This document shows positions 13,175 to 28,302 of a stretch of 64,000 bases of DNA, in pieces. Origin of the DNA: Podarcis bocagei (lineage: Eukaryota). A program made the position numbers and the translations under genes. Numbering within the stretch: the first letter of the stretch is position 1; every line of letters starts with the position of its first letter. The DNA lies in the NCBI GenBank assembly GCA_964188305.1, contig OZ076893.1; one strand, written 5' to 3'. A model generated the notes under the pieces. The model made no database searches, had not been told where the DNA came from, and worked only from the letters and a program-made list of their open reading frames with translations.

Positions 13175-13433
13175 TACATATATGGTGAACCTACAGAATC
13201 AGCAGTTTGCTCAATCAGCCCTTTGGAACTTTATTCTCTATTAGGACCACTTACATTTAAGGAAAGGGCTGGTGCTGTGATGTTTTTATTGTAGCCATCT
13301 GTATGTGATCTTTTATATGCATATATTGTATATGTGTATGTGTATATATATATATATATATATACATATATGCTTATATTTTAATTCTACTATTAATGTC
13401 CTGCCTTGTTTATAACTGCCCATTCTTTAAATA

Positions 13434-13652
13434 CAGTGGTACCTCGGGTTAAGTACTTAATTCGTTCCGGAGGTCCGTTCTCAACCTGAAACTGTTCTTA
13501 ACCTGAAGTACCACTTTAGCTGCGCCGCCGGAGCACAATTTCTGTTCTCATCCTGAAGCAAAATTCTTAACCCGAGGTACTATTTCTGGGTTACGGAGTC
13601 TGTAACCTGAAGCGTATGTAACCTGAAGCGTATGTAACCCGAGGTACCACTG
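13434..13652. mobile_element. Tc1/mariner MITE (CAGTGGTACC family), copy 2, opposite orientation to copy 1
   Basis: TIRs cagtggtacctcgggtta / taacccgaggtaccactg; TA TSDs. Confidence 0.93.
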
Positions 13653-16600
13653 TATTGGAATCCCCTTCTTTTCCCAATTAATAAAACCTTAAATAAAATA
13701 AAACAAAATAATAACTTGAACCATAACAACAGCTATCCTAGTAATGAGAAGAGCTGTTTGACAACTCACAATTCCCGTGAGGTTGGCTTGACTGTCCTGC
13801 CACAATATGCCTGAGTCTTCAGCTCAATTCTAGCCATTCCTATTTGGCCAAGCCTTCCTGCACCACAAGGAGAAACGATGCTTCCCAATGGGCCGTCCCT
13901 GAGGAAATCACACTATCTCTTGCTGTCTATTATCACTGAAGTAGGGCTCCCTTCTCCCACTGAACTGGTGGGGAACATTCATTGAACTCAGAAGTTGGAA
14001 CCAATAGTTGTAACAGCATAGATCAGGCAAATTAATTTCTCCCTCTCCAGAACAGTGTCCTAAAGAAAGTACAAAAGTTGCCCACCATGGCCAATCAGTA
14101 AAAGCGTGAAAAGATCCCTTCCCGGACTTTCTAAGAGTCCAGGGGACTTACAACTGATAACAGGAGTGGTGGGTGAGACAATATGCCTCTTTGGCTCAAA
14201 CTGAGGAAAGGTAGTGGCAGGAAACCCATTTCAGTAGACCCTGTTACTATTTCTCCCTCAACTTCCCACATTGATCAAGCCCCAGACATCTGTGCTGCAT
14301 TTCTCCCTTTATACAAAGGATATCATTAGTGAGTAGTGCACCTAACATTAGCTTCCATAAAAAGCAAGGAAATCTCATTAATTTCAAATGGACACACTTT
14401 GAAGTACAGTAAGTGTACTTAAGTAAATATTTAAACCACCTTCATGGATGGTAATCCCCACATTTCAATGGGGATTAATTCTGAACAAACAGTATTACAG
14501 TGCAATCCATTACATCTTTACTCAGATGTCTCAGTTCTCAGTGTGTTCAGTAGGGACTACTATTTAGTGCAGATGTGGGGAGCCAAATGTCATTTCATTC
14601 AGACCTTGGCACCCTCTCCAATTCACACTCCTTCCAGCCACCTAAATCTGCAATCCAAGGGTAGAGCAGCTGGGAATGCTGTTGAGAGTGGGGAGCACAC
14701 CCCTGCCTCTCATCCTTGACTGCTTCCTCTTCAGCTGCAGCACCATGGAAGCCCAAGACTGCATGGGAACCTTTCAGGGAGCCCAAATCTGGATAATTAT
14801 TCGGACCAGTTCTGATCCTTTTTTAAAAGTTGCACTTGTGTGTGAAGACATCACAACTGGAGATTGGATTCATTAGTGATCTGTTAACTGAGAACTAATT
14901 TCCTGAATATGAAACAGACCATTTTTATATGATACAGAATGCAATGTACACATCTGGAAAGCTTCAGCATGTGTAAGAACCTTGCAATCTGTACACAAGT
15001 TGTTGCTCGAGTTGAACAGCAACTCTGAGAATATAAAGTTGGAACTACAACACATGCCTTACTGAAAGATGTTTGTGAAGCAAACAAGCACAAAAAAATT
15101 ATGTAGGTTTACAGTCCCTATTATGCATATTCTCTGTAACAGGCATTCAACCACACAAGTACATTATCAGTGTACTACCAATGAAATGGGATTACACAAA
15201 AAGGTTCAATGAAATGAAACAGGACTACACAAGGGTTTATTTTATTTTTTTACATACTCAGGGGACTTGAGTGCATAAAAGGTACGTAACTTCATAAATT
15301 AAAATAAAAAAGAAACTGAAATACACATAAAAACTGCTTGGCAAAGACTGTGCTTGCAGAAGGCTGGTAACAACTGTGTGTACGTATACAGAAAAAGAAG
15401 GGAGACAGGCATGGGGAAGAGTCTCTGACTTTGAATCAAGTCTATGGTTGATAGCAGATGCAGAATGTTCCCGCTTCAGTTGGAAACCACCCCCTTTCCC
15501 CAACAACAGGGAAATAGAGGAGGTGGAGGTACACTTTAGCACTCTTTTGGAAATTCCACTGTATGCAGTACGGGCACCTCTTTTTTGGTTGTTAAAAAGT
15601 GTGGCACTTAATGTAACAACATCATGGTGAGTACCGGCACCTATTTTACTAAGAAAAAAAGCACTGACTGTAGGTATAATTTCTCAGAAACAATATATAT
15701 CTCTCAAAAGTTAGGGGAAAAGCAAGTTCAAGGACTATTTCATATAACAAGATTGCTATAGGGCAAAGGTACGGTAAAAGAGGAAATGAGTCTGCAAGCA
15801 TATAGCTCACTGTCATTTTGCCACGTGACCAAGAGCATTTCCAGATTGTCACTGTTTGCAGGTAGGATTCAATCACATATCAGCAAATGAAGTTTCTGCA
15901 ATTGAAGTTGATTGGGAGCTCTTACATGAAAGTTCTGGGTTTTTTTGTGATAAGAAAATGCATTGGAAAGTGTGGAATAACATTTGCTTGTGTTCTGCTG
16001 AGAGAAGAGATTTTTGGGTTTTTTTAAATTCGGACAAGACAAAGAGCACACTTTAATCCTTGATAGACAGATTTATATACGGGCAGGATGAGAAAAACCA
16101 CAAACAAACAAGGACCAAATAGCAAATTAAAAGCAAAAGACAGACAGTTTACATCTCTGTCAAAAGCAACAATGGACAGACACCTGTAATGGCCAGAATA
16201 TAGCACCTTTTGTGCTGAAGTTTGTAGAGTAGAATTTCCAAGCTCCTTTCACATCTTATGAACATAAACTAGGTACCAGTGCTATGAAACCCTCCTAAGA
16301 GCTGCCAGTGACTAAGCAAGAAATTAGCCACTTATCAGCTGGTATCTTAAAAAGATAACAATTGCAGCTGGCTAATTAAAGTGTTCTAATCTAGGGCATG
16401 TGATAAGCCACTGCTGTACACCACAAACTCCCCACAATACAAAGTTCTTCTGCATTTCCATTACAGTTTCATGTAAAACCGTCCCTGAAAACAAATCAGA
16501 ATGCATTTTCAATGTCGTTGAATTTCCCTGGAAACAAATCAGGAGGAACAACAAATAAACAGGTAATCTGGAAACAACCCAGTTCTGTGTAAATTCACCT

Positions 16601-19600
16601 AACCCACATTCCAATATGCAGATGCACTTGTGTGAATTTAATTTTGAATGCAGATTTTGAATAGTATTTTGGCATGACTTTCAGAAGCTATCAGGGCCAT
16701 TTTGAAAACCTGTATGTCACCAGCATTTAGAGATGAAATGCAACTTACTTGTTGGAAGTTTGGTGTACTACAAAATGGTAAAGTTGTACAGTAATCCAAT
16801 GAGACAATGTTTACACAGCTCCTTTCCATTCAGCTTGAGGTGAGCTCAGAAGAGCATCTGCATGTAGAAAAATTGGATGGATAAGCTTTCCTGTTTCTGA
16901 TTTAGGTTTCTTTTTAAAAATCCAAATCTGGAACCGCTTCTGGCTCCCTGCAAGTAATGGACACATGATAGGAGAACATGAATCATGTATACAGTAGCCT
17001 AGACTGTTAACATTTTAAATGGTCAGCAGAATTTCCATTTGTTATTGTTATTGTTTACAGAGCACCAATATAAATGTTGTTGCATCAAAATGCAAGGAAA
17101 TTTGGCATAGGGTAGATGTGTCATTCTTGGAAACAACTGTCACCCACAAAGCACTTTTAAACATTAACTGAACACATTGTTTTGAATTACATTACAGTTA
17201 TTTCAGTTTTTAAATGTAAGTACTGTAACAGATGGAAGGTCTATGTTTGTTGTGGTTGCTACTTCAGTAATGGACCATTTGGCCTAGGTGCTGTGTAGGG
17301 AAACAGAAAAGCATGAGAGTCATTATCTTGGAGGATAAACTATTAAGCTATGCTGCTGTTCCTCACACCCACACATTAGTTTTATCTTCATAGAGTTTTG
17401 GCTCTTTGGGGCATGGATTAAGTTTATATGACTGAAAGTGCTATATAACACTTCCCTGTTTTGGTTTTAGAAAATCGAGCACTTAACTTTAAAGAGGTAA
17501 AATCCATTCCTGATCCAGTCACAACCTTCCTTGAGAATACCCCAGGCAAGACATTTTTCAAGAATCTGACATGGTTCACTGAAAGCATCAAATGATCCCT
17601 ATAAATTATCTTGTCTTGACCCAATTTCAGCTTAGTTTTTGTGAGCTTCCATTGCGAGTGTTTGAGCGCTTGTGTCTAAGTTATCAAAAGAAGAGCTGAA
17701 AAAACAAGTGGATCCCTCTCCTTTTTATCTTACTCTCCTGTAGTGAAAACCCATTTCCTTTAAGGAGAGGGATATCGAGTGTCAATAAGGGTGCGTTAAA
17801 GTTAGTGAAGGTATTGCTGAGTCTCTTGTTAACTGGAAATAGTAATCCTGAGAGCGTAATTTCCTACCAGGACATGAAATTTGTAGCTCATTTGGTCTCT
17901 CAAACAGAGCTGGTAATAATACAGCAGAAATTACAAATCCCATGCTCTCTGGCTGTCATGCTAGGGAATATGGGACTGTAGCTTTCTCAGACTATCCCTT
18001 CTTGAAGGGAAATATATTCTGTGGGTGCTTTGCTTGTTTGTTTCAAAGGATCTGCAGGAGCAGCAGGAAGGCTAGCTAGTGGCAGGTGTAGGACTTAGAC
18101 CTGAACTGCAACTCTAGGGCTCACTCTTATTGTGATTAGGCTTTTTTAACTAGGGGTGCACTTTTACCATCAAACTCAAGACAAAGATCTGTCCCATACT
18201 AGAGCCCAGCAGCAGCTGTAGGGAACTGTGGAAGGACAGTGAAGACTGCAGTAATTGCATCCCCCTTTGGTCTTTTGTAAGCTTTTCCCAAGCCTTCAGG
18301 TCAGAGCTGTATAAAACTGCAGATCAGCACCAAATGCAAGCAGGAGAAAATGTAACACAGATGTACCATTTGTGCAAAATGGTAGTTTTCTATCTTCTGC
18401 ATCAGATCTTATCCTTGAAAATCAGGGAGACAAAAAGTTTGCCTGGCATCTCTCAGACTCCAGGTTTAGCACCTACAATGGGTCTGAATCCCAACTCCCA
18501 GTGTATTCCAGAATCAGCTTTGGGGTTACTTTTAATGGGGTTATAATTCTGCTCTACTCCTCTGGTTAATATAATTTTAACAGATTCTCCCTGGGTGGAA
18601 TCTACCACTGAAGCATGTTCAGGATGTGCAAGAGCCTTAGCAACAAGCTTCACCACAAAATAGGGAACAAAACAGTGTAAAGAAAAATGAGTTTGGTTTA
18701 TAACAGTTTGCAAAAAAAAGAAGCCAAGCATGGTTTAGATATAACATATTTAACATTAACTTTTGAATTTCAATATATCATCAGTTAATCAGTTAGAAGT
18801 CCTTTTCCTGGGCCTGAAGCTCAAAGGAAACCTCAGATTTAGACACTTGTTAATTTGTTGCATTTGATAAATTTCATAACTTATGCACTGAGCCCAAATG
18901 TGACACTCTCTTAAAGCACAGAGCTGCAGATTGAAGTAAATTAGAGGTGTAATTTGGTAAAAGACATATTTTTTTGTCCATTTATGTAGATTTGGTCCAA
19001 TCATCACCATCATCACCATCCTATTTATTGAATTTATATACCACCGTTCATTTGAGAATCACAGAGTGGTTTGCAGTATAAAAACACAAGAGGTTTTTAT
19101 ATTCATAAATACTAATACTAATACACAGGGCCCAGTAATAGATGGTGATTAATATTCCCCTCAGAACAACTGATTATGTAAACAAACCACTCTCTCTTTT
19201 TTGTGTGTGCCTTATTTTGTTATTGAGTGTCATAATTTTAATTTTTTTATGGTGGCTAGGGGCCACAAAAGCTGAAAATGGGTCAGGCCTCTCTGGGCCT
19301 CTGAGAGGGCCTGTGAAATACTCCTAAATTTATGTTACTCTAGCTCTGTCCGGGCTCAGGAGTCCAGATTCTCTCACACATTTTCTCTGAAGTATTTTAC
19401 TTGAGGCTTCGGGATCATTCTCTTCACAAGTTGGAACCTTCTCCTTCAGAGTCCTTTTTCTCCCCCTTTCTCCCCCCAATCTTTCATTTCACTAGCCCAG
19501 TTGGCAATTGTTGACTCAAGCTGTTGCTTAGCAACTTGGCTAGGGAAAAGTAGGGAGCCTTCAAAAGGGAGGGAATGGCAGCCCTGTGGTGAATAACAAA

Positions 19601-19938
19601 TTGCATTCTGCGAAAATATTCAGCTGCTGATGTCTGTCAGCTTCCTTCTCTTTCACCACTTGGGTATAGGTGTGTGTGTTCATACAAACATTAAAAGGTC
19701 TGTGAGGGGAATGTTTAAATTCATCAGAAGACTTGCAGGTGCCGGTAGGGGCTTATCATGGAGGACACAAATGGCAGCGTGTTAACATACCGTCATAAAC
19801 AGTGTTCTCTAACTGCAATGGGAATAGCCACTATTGCATGGCAAGGTGTAATGCAAACATGAGGTAACCAACAAAGCTGGGAACTGAACAAAAATTCAAC
19901 AAGGCTTAGGTGAGACTGGATAACATTTATGTATAGTA

Positions 19939-20110
19939 CAGGCCTGGCCCAAGACATTTTGGCGCTTGAAGCAAAGCATAAAATGGTGCCTCCTGCCCGG
20001 GAAGAAGGGGTGAGTGAAGATCTACATCGGAAGCAAGTGGGGAGTGAAGATTTACCTCAAGAACAAGCTGGTGAGTGAGGTCTACATTGGGAATAAGGCA
20101 GAAGGGGAAT
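19939..20110. mobile_element. End fragment of a non-autonomous DNA element with a ~30-bp subterminal tandem repeat
   Basis: Starts caggcctggccc; three copies of 'gagtgaagatctacat...aag'; no second terminus found. Confidence 0.4.
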
Positions 20111-22174
20111 CATAGCAACTTTTCCAGGTTTACTTCACTTGGATTGCCATCTTCAGATGACAAACCAAACACTAGGTCATTGGCTTAGTTAACTACAGTA
20201 TCTACTTTCTATTTGTCCAACATTACTGCTGAGCTGCTTATACAGCGAAAAGGATACTAGCAGGAATATAGTGATACTGCAAAACTGGAAAAAAACTATT
20301 CATTTATTTATTTCATAAAATTTATACACTTACTTGATTGTAAAAACAACCAACCCTCAAAGTGGTTTACAAAAAGATAAAACTATAAAATCAAGAAAAA
20401 CCCACAACCATAATTTCAAACATACAAAAGCTAAAATACAAAAATTAAAAGTACCTCAACTTTCTAAGCATCTAAGAACAAAAGAGATCAAAACTGCTGA
20501 AACAAATACACAAGCAGCAACAAAAACAGCTGAGCAGTAAAAGATTGTGCCCTGTATTCTTGATGTGCTTTGAGTTGAGTTCTTTTTCAGGGAAAATTGT
20601 CTTTCAAATAAATAAAGGTAGTAGACTGATTCAAGCCCTTGTTGGAAATGGTAACTGCCTTAAACAGATGGAGATAATTTGAAGTAAAGTTTTTGAACCT
20701 GAAATTAGTTGTCAATAAAGAATAAATGCATTTGTGGGGTGCAGGGGGGGAGTGGCTTCCTACACAGCTGTTTCCCCTGGTTCCATTATTATGATAAATG
20801 CTGGTGACCTGGCAGGGGAAGTAGAGTGAACCCCAATTTATTATGATAAATGCTGATTATGGTTTTCCAATCCTCTGCTTGCATCTTATCTGATTGTACT
20901 AGGCTACGGGTTTAAGACCAAATATCGGTAGTTTGCCATTTGTATATATTTGAGGCTCAGGAGTGCTCCTAGAAAGTCTCCTACTGAAGGATTTTTGTGC
21001 CCTTTAGTAGATGTATGGCATAGTGCAAGGGTTCTAACCTTTTTGGACCAGTGGGCATGTGAAATTTTGAGTGTTGAGAGCCCCAATGACAAAATGGCTG
21101 CCATGGGGGCATGGTGCAACACATCAGCTTCAGGATATTGGAGTCAGCATTTTCCATAAACTTTTAAATCCACTGAAAATTATCCAGTAAGTTACTAATA
21201 ATATACCACTGTGTTCTTACTTATAGATTAATCTAGAAATCCATAATATATCTCAACAAGTAGTTCCCCATTTCAGAGCTTTTTCAACAGGTCTAACTTT
21301 AAAGCAAAGTCATTAAAGAGTCTTGCATCATATTGAATTAGGCTGAGAGTCTTCCCTATAATTTATTATTTGATTTACTTGATTAATGAGGCATGCTAGA
21401 TACCATATTGATATGCTAAAAATCAACTTCTCCTACAGGTCCATTATCCACTTAAATTTTGAGACACTATTGAATGCTCTCAAGTTTTCTCTCAGTGGAC
21501 TATCAAATCGAAGTCTGTTAGAAGTGATTTGATACATTTGTAGATGATGCCCTTTAATGCAGTTTAAAATGTCAGAATCAGTGTACAATTAAAGGAACTA
21601 CAATATAAAAATATTTTAGCTTCAAGATACTAGACTGGATTTTGTAAAGACATTGACGATTGTAGTGATTCAGCTGCACCATTAGGAGTTATCCCCCCAT
21701 CAAGGAAAGCACAGTGAGTTATTATCACTCAACATGGCAGGGTTTCCTTAGGAAAAAAATAAACAAAACTTTCATGCAATCATGCATCTGTCTACTCAGA
21801 AACAAGGACCACTGAGTTGAATGGCACTTCCTCCCAGGTAAGTGGGTATAGAATTGCAGCCTTAATTGCTTTCTTCCAAACTAGATAGCACCTGGCAAAG
21901 AAAAATATGGCTGCAGGTAAATGTGTATTCCAGGAATTGTACTGTGTCTAAAGGCAATGTATAGTCGCTCTTTGAGTAGAATTCCACATGACTTGGACTG
22001 TACTAACTCCAGATCAATAACCTCAAAATATCAGTTTAACAGCTGTGACTGGCAATGTGACAAAACATTTTCTTGGGGCTGTAATGACCTGGAAGAATAG
22101 AAATAAAATGCAAAAACATATAAATACTTCACTTTGCAATAACAGCTTCTACTTGACTCTGAAATAACATCAGC

Positions 22175-22519
22175 AATAAAAAGGTAAACCATTAGGTCCA
22201 GTTGCGGACGACTCTGGGGTTGCGGAGCTCATCTTACTTTATTAGCCAAGGGAGCCGGCGTACAGCTTCCGGGTTATGTGGCCAGCATGACTAAGCTGCT
22301 TCTGGTGAACCAGAGCAGCACACAGAAACACCGTTTACCTTCCCACCAAAGTGGTACCTAATTATCTACTTGCACTTTGATGTGCTTTCGAACTGCTAGG
22401 TTGGCAGGAGCAGGGACCAAGCAATGGGAGCTCACCCCGTCGTGGGGATTCGAACTGCTGACCTTCTGATCGGCAAGTCCTAGGCTCTGTGGTTTAACCC
22501 ACAGCACCACCCATGTCCC
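22175..22519 (-). mobile_element. Sauria SINE (Squam1), full length
   Basis: Reverse complement reads GGGACATGGGTGGTGCTGTGGGTTAAACCACAGAGCCTAGGACTTGCCGATCAGAAGGTCAGCAGTTCGAATCCC (tRNA head with B box) and ends in an ACCTTT tail; 10-bp TSD TAA(C/T)ATCAGC. Confidence 0.92.
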
Positions 22520-22888
22520 TAATATCAGCTGTAGGGTTCTTCTAAAAACTGTTAACTAATATCCTCTCATTATTAATGTTTTCTACTAGATAGTTGAATA
22601 CTTAAGATATGCTGCCTTGCTGAAGAAAGGATTGAAATTAAATCCCTTATGGTTGTGCCCACCCCCTCACCTGGAAACATGGATGTCAACAAAAAATAAT
22701 CAGGGGAGGGGGTGAGTTCTATGACTTGTAACAGTTATTTCTTTTGACCTGCAGACAGACACGCATACACAGATAGATACTCAGGGTGAGAGGGAGGTGT
22801 ATGGCTGAGGTCAAAGTAATTTCTACAGCACAATCCCAAGCATTTTTTAAATTGGAAATACTTTCCTGAGTTTAACTGGACTTGAGGT

Positions 22889-22936
<48 letters not shown>

Positions 22937-22937
22937 A
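22889..22937. repeat. (AAAG)n microsatellite
   Basis: Direct reading. Confidence 0.98.
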
Positions 22938-24944
22938 AAGCACAATACCATTATTACAAGCAAATAAAATGTCTCAAAGAAGTGAGCAAACTTCTTTATT
23001 ATGTTGGGTGTTCTATCATCAAACAAACCAAAAGGTGGCGGAGGGTGACAGAAAGCAGGGAAGCCTGTTGGGAAAGATGTAAGAGGTCCTTCGGCATATT
23101 ATATTAGCCTTAATATGGAATGGGGAATTTAGCATGCATTTGTTGAACTTAATTCTCAGTCATTATGTGCTGAGGATCACATCCTCTCTCTTGTTAGGGA
23201 TAAAGGGTAAAGGAATTACATGAATGTTAAATCAGTTTAACAGCTGAATCCTATGTGTGTTTACTCAGAAGTAAGTCCCACGATGTATAAGGAGGCTTTC
23301 TTTGTGGTAAATAATTATTGCACCTCAAATTTGTATTGCAGACATTATATCAATTCTCTTCTTTAATGGTCCAAACAGCACAACTCTTTACCCTCGTCCC
23401 TCTTGTCCCCTCATGTTTCCTTTATTCCCCCTGCCCTTTTTTGAGGATCATGATCAGCTTCAGTTTTTCTCCCACACTGGTCATAAAGCTGTATCAGTCA
23501 TTTGTTCACAGCTCGCTTAGTTGGACCATACTCTTCTAGATCTCTGCAGGCCTCATGGTCTCTGGTATTTGCTTAACTATCCCCAAAGTTATGGAGTGAA
23601 GTTTTTCTGTGACATTAAATGCTTGACTTGTGGCTGCAGGATTTTCAGAGTTTTGGAAGCGGGCATATTGGGAACATATACAACTGGGCAACCAGCCAGC
23701 ATTGGTCACAGGGGGCATTTTAGTATTCACTTATTTAAATGTGGGGAAAGTCCTGCCAAAACTGCATATATTTCTCATGTTACAAAGTACTGCTCTATTT
23801 ACATTTCCTTCATTTTCTTTTTAAAAAAACCACGCTGTTTAAAACTGGATTGATACTGAGAATTTAATACTATATTTTAATTCTTCTTAACATTTGATGC
23901 TTGGTATCCTGTTTATTGATCATTTTTATCATGTTGCTTTGTTACTATATACAGTGGTACTATATTAATTCTTGGCTTATGCAACTTTTGCAACAATTTG
24001 TCCAACATTACTCTCAGATTCTTCAGCCATGTTTTTGATTCAGGAATAAGTCATTAGATTTATACAATTATGTTGCCTTTTAACATTTTGCAACTCCAAA
24101 TTCTTAATTCCCTAAATGTTCTATGAACCTATACAAGCCATAATCCAACTAAAGTCAAGCATTTTATCCTATGGACAAGCGATGCATGTCAACATCTACA
24201 GTAATTGAAATCAAGTTGATTATTACACTTTTCTCCCTTACTACAGCAGCTAATGGATGAGTAAGGTTTCAGTGAAACCTGTCGGCAAGAATCATAGGAG
24301 ATAGACATGACTGTAAGGAACTCTGCATATAGAGTGCTGTGTGGAAATCATTAAGAATACGGTACACACCAGTAATGCCCAGACCTAATTCCAGGGTTGT
24401 AGGCTTGTTTTACTAAAGGGGCAAGAGCAGAAAATATCTACTTGCTGTAGTCAAAACCAGTGGTCAGGGGGGGGCTACTAATTCAGAGCAATGGTGGCTC
24501 ACCAAGGCCATCAAACCAAGCTACTGATGCTATTGTGTATTGGAAATTTTAACTATTAAGCAGAGCTTTAAATGACTAAAAGGGGGAAAACAGAGCTCAA
24601 CTTTCCTGAAAACCACTTTTCATAAATATGAAATTTCCAGGAATTAGATGTGTGTGACTACTGTGAAGTGAGAGAAAGTCACTCTACATATGCTTGGGAT
24701 TACTCCTTATTAAGAACACAGACTAGCTTTGGCTCAGATTTACTTTTTTATATGCATAGTTGAAATCTACTCATTTTTCCTGTGCAATATCCCCTTTGAA
24801 TACTGAAAATGAAAAAGGTAGAAACACCAGGCATTTCTGCATCTGCCCATTGATACTTTTGCTAAACATCTACATTCATTTAAAAAACACCCAAAAGATG
24901 TATGGAAAACAACTGTACCATTGCCACTATACTTAAAATAATAG

Positions 24945-25045
24945 TAAATAATAATAATTTTTAAAAATTTATATCCCGCCCATCTGGCTGGGTTGCCCCA
25001 GCTACTCTGGGTGGCTTCCAACACATATAAAAAAGCAAGAAACCA
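24945..25045 (-). mobile_element. L2 3'-UTR fragment
   Basis: Reverse complement of the 3' UTR at 59310-59372 (cccgcccatctggctgggtt.cccca...ctctgggtggcttcc). Confidence 0.8.
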
Positions 25046-28000
25046 TCAAACAATGATAGTAACAATCTGATCCAATATAAAAAGTCACAATAACTTTAAA
25101 ATAAGCAACTTGTACCGTAACAAAGCAACATTCAACAATCCATCAGAATCTAATAGTAAACAGTAAAACTAAATATCAGTAGATAATAATTAAACAGTTT
25201 ACACTTATCAACCACAAGAAAGAATTACTAATCTATAATCATTAAAACAACAGCAAAATAATTTAATGCAAATATAGATACTGTGTGCATGCCATACATA
25301 TGGTCTTTGAATGTATATAGATGCTTTGTTTTACTAATATAGAACTTTGTATTATCTTATATCAATTTGCAAACATATTTTGTAAAACCAAAGGAGACAT
25401 GAATCACTTTGGCTCAAGGGAGTCATTTTTAAGGGGGGTATTTTGCAGGGGAACTTAGGGACTCATGATGCCCTGAAACACAACAGTACATGTATCTGTT
25501 AGGGCATAAAATATAAACAAATGTGACAATCAAAATTCGTTGAGGTATTGTTCATTTTAATCTTGTTATACTGCACACTAAAATTTAAATCATAAAAGCG
25601 AATCAATCACCTTGAGTTCAAAAGACAGGCTTTTGCATTGGTGTGTATGAATGTGCAATGCAAGAGTCCCTTGTACATGCGCATAAATACCTGTTTTACA
25701 CATTCAGATAAACACAGCTGTGTTTATTCCAGTGTGCAAGATTCCAGATGTGCGTGTGGTCACATGTGCACATGGGGCACTCCACCTTATTGCATTACAA
25801 TTTTCCATTACATTTTCAAATCCTTAAACTTTGGTGTCACAGAGACCTATTCAGAAAACACAAAAATGATGCAGCAGGAGATATTAAAGGCCTTCTTTAT
25901 TTGAATCCATGCTGGTGGAGGGCAGTATTTCCTGCAGAGTTTCTGCTTCTCCTAAAAGTATTGAACAATATTTCTTCAATTTAATATTGGCATGAAGTTA
26001 AGACAATCCACATTGAACCAGAGAAACTAATTCACTTCTATCATGATGTGAGGACTTAAAATATGAGGTGAGAAGAGAAGGGGGTACAGTACTGAATCTT
26101 TTCCAGTGTTTACATTAAATTGCTCCACTGTATATATACCAGGTATAACTCTCATTCAGCTTGTAAAGTCTGATTCCATACCAAGCATACTTCATGGAAA
26201 CTATTTGAACATAAATCTCCTTCGAATTACAGGCAATATACAAACCAACCAAACTTGTTGGTTTAGAGACAGATGCACCTGTGATGTACTACTTGTTGAA
26301 GGTTACAGTCCAGTTAACATCTGGGAAATGCCTGAAAATTCCTATTTTGCCTTCAGAATAGGCCCCTAATAAAAGTAGACAATGAAAAGGAGGACACTGC
26401 TTCAGCATTGCCCTCCATATGTGTGTCATTCGCTAACGCCACATGTGCCCACTCAACTGCTTTGATCTGCAGAACTGGCATTATTATAGATTCCACGTAA
26501 TACTCATTCCATGTTCATAAGAAATTTTAATTATTTTAAAATGTGCTTGTGTATTTTTTTACTATTTTTATTATTATTCTTAATATTTCTTGTATACTGC
26601 TTGGAGATTTTACTATAATCAAGCAATATGAAAAGGTTGTTAAATAACTAAGTAAACACTAACATTGCTAAGAAAATTGGTATGAAGAAATAAAAGACGT
26701 GTGTCTTAATAAAATTACAATTTCAACAAAAGCAAAGGCAGAAAAATCCTGCTGTAGTAAGACATTATCATTAGCAGTGGCAGATTTATAGGTATGTGTG
26801 GTATGCACAGAATTAGAGCTCCCTGAGCCCCCAAGTCATTAGTATACATTGTTAACTGAGATGGTATTTTTGAAATATGACTGCAAACAATGAATAGCCG
26901 TTGTTGACTTCTAGTATTTTAGTTTGTTGCATTGTTTCCACTCTTCATTGCTCCTGCTCCCTGATTAAAGTCAGTATAGTCTGGCCCATTAGGAAAGCAG
27001 GGCTTAGTCCTTCCAAGTGAAATATCAAGCAACTTTTTGTTCAGGTTTCCCCTTAAACCTCAAAGCCACACTATTTCATGCCCCACGCATCCTCTCGTGA
27101 CCCATTTGAATTTTAGAGAGCCAGGGCAAACATTTCTATCAATCTCCTTCTCTCTAGCCAGTCAGTTCTCCAAGAAACCACACAAGTGTAACAATAAAAA
27201 TACTAGAATACTACAGGATGAAAATGGCATTGTCTGGCTGCTCAGTAAAAAGTGAATGTATAAAGGGTGGCAATACTAGAGAAAAGGGCCAGTGCAGAAA
27301 AAGCTAACAAAACGGGACTAATATCATTATGGTATATTTCCCATCTCATGCTGTTCCTGCTTCTAGACTTAGAAATTTACATGTTCATATGATTGTGGCT
27401 TTTTTTTCCCTTTAATAAGCCACTTTGTAGACTCATAATGTAGTGCCAAAATGCTTAAAATAAAAATAATAAATAATTAATAAAATTCCCGATTAAGACA
27501 TGTTAAAAGTGACTGTATTCATGTCTGAAGTTTTTGAAATTATATAACTAGACTGAATAATTAAATATCTTTGAACTAGCTTTACATTTTATTAAATTAT
27601 TCAGTTTTGCAAAAGATTAAATATTGCTACTTAAAGATTTGCTGAGTGTTGTACATAAGAATTACTGCGCAGAACACAATACCTTGCTGAAAAGGGATTT
27701 TTATTATTTCGCTGTTTCCTGGTTGCCAAAGGCAGCTTTCAGTTTTGGAAGAAATTCATTTTTCAGCTGCATGGTTTCTCACATAGCTAAAGAAAATGCT
27801 AATATGCAGAATTCTTGTGTTTTTATTGCATTCTTCTTCTTTTTTTTTACTGTTGTGGATCAATGACATGTCCTTTGAAGAAAAACTCCTATTTTACCCC
27901 AAAGTCAGAAGTGGACATTGTTGATGTTTGCCTATCCATCTGGTGTCCAGCCAATTGGCATTTGCTGCTGTTGTTTTCAGTCCGTAAATGATACACAATT

Positions 28001-28302
28001 GATGACACCCTTCAATTTAAACTACCTCACCTTTGCATTGAAATGCAATAATTATGTACCGTAATTAATTACATTAATTAATTACATTCTGCTCTGGTCA
28101 TACCTCACCTGGAGTACTGTGTCCAGTTCTGGGCACCACAGTTCAAGAAGGACACTGACAAACTGGAACGTGTCCAGAGGAGGGCAACCAAAATGGTCAA
28201 AGGCCTGGAAACGATGTCTTATGAGGAACGGCTAAGGGAGCTGGGCATGTTTAGCCTGGAGAAGAGGAGGTTAAGGGGTGATATGATAGCCATGTTCAAA
28301 TA

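Noticed and set aside
12591-13179. Several 66-105 aa ORFs
   Set aside because: They lie within a GC-rich MITE and lack transposase motifs.
14780-16060. Possible host exons (acceptor-like sites near 14903 minus and 15861 plus)
   Set aside because: Stops in all frames at the first site, an unrecognisable translation at the second, and no consistent exon chain.
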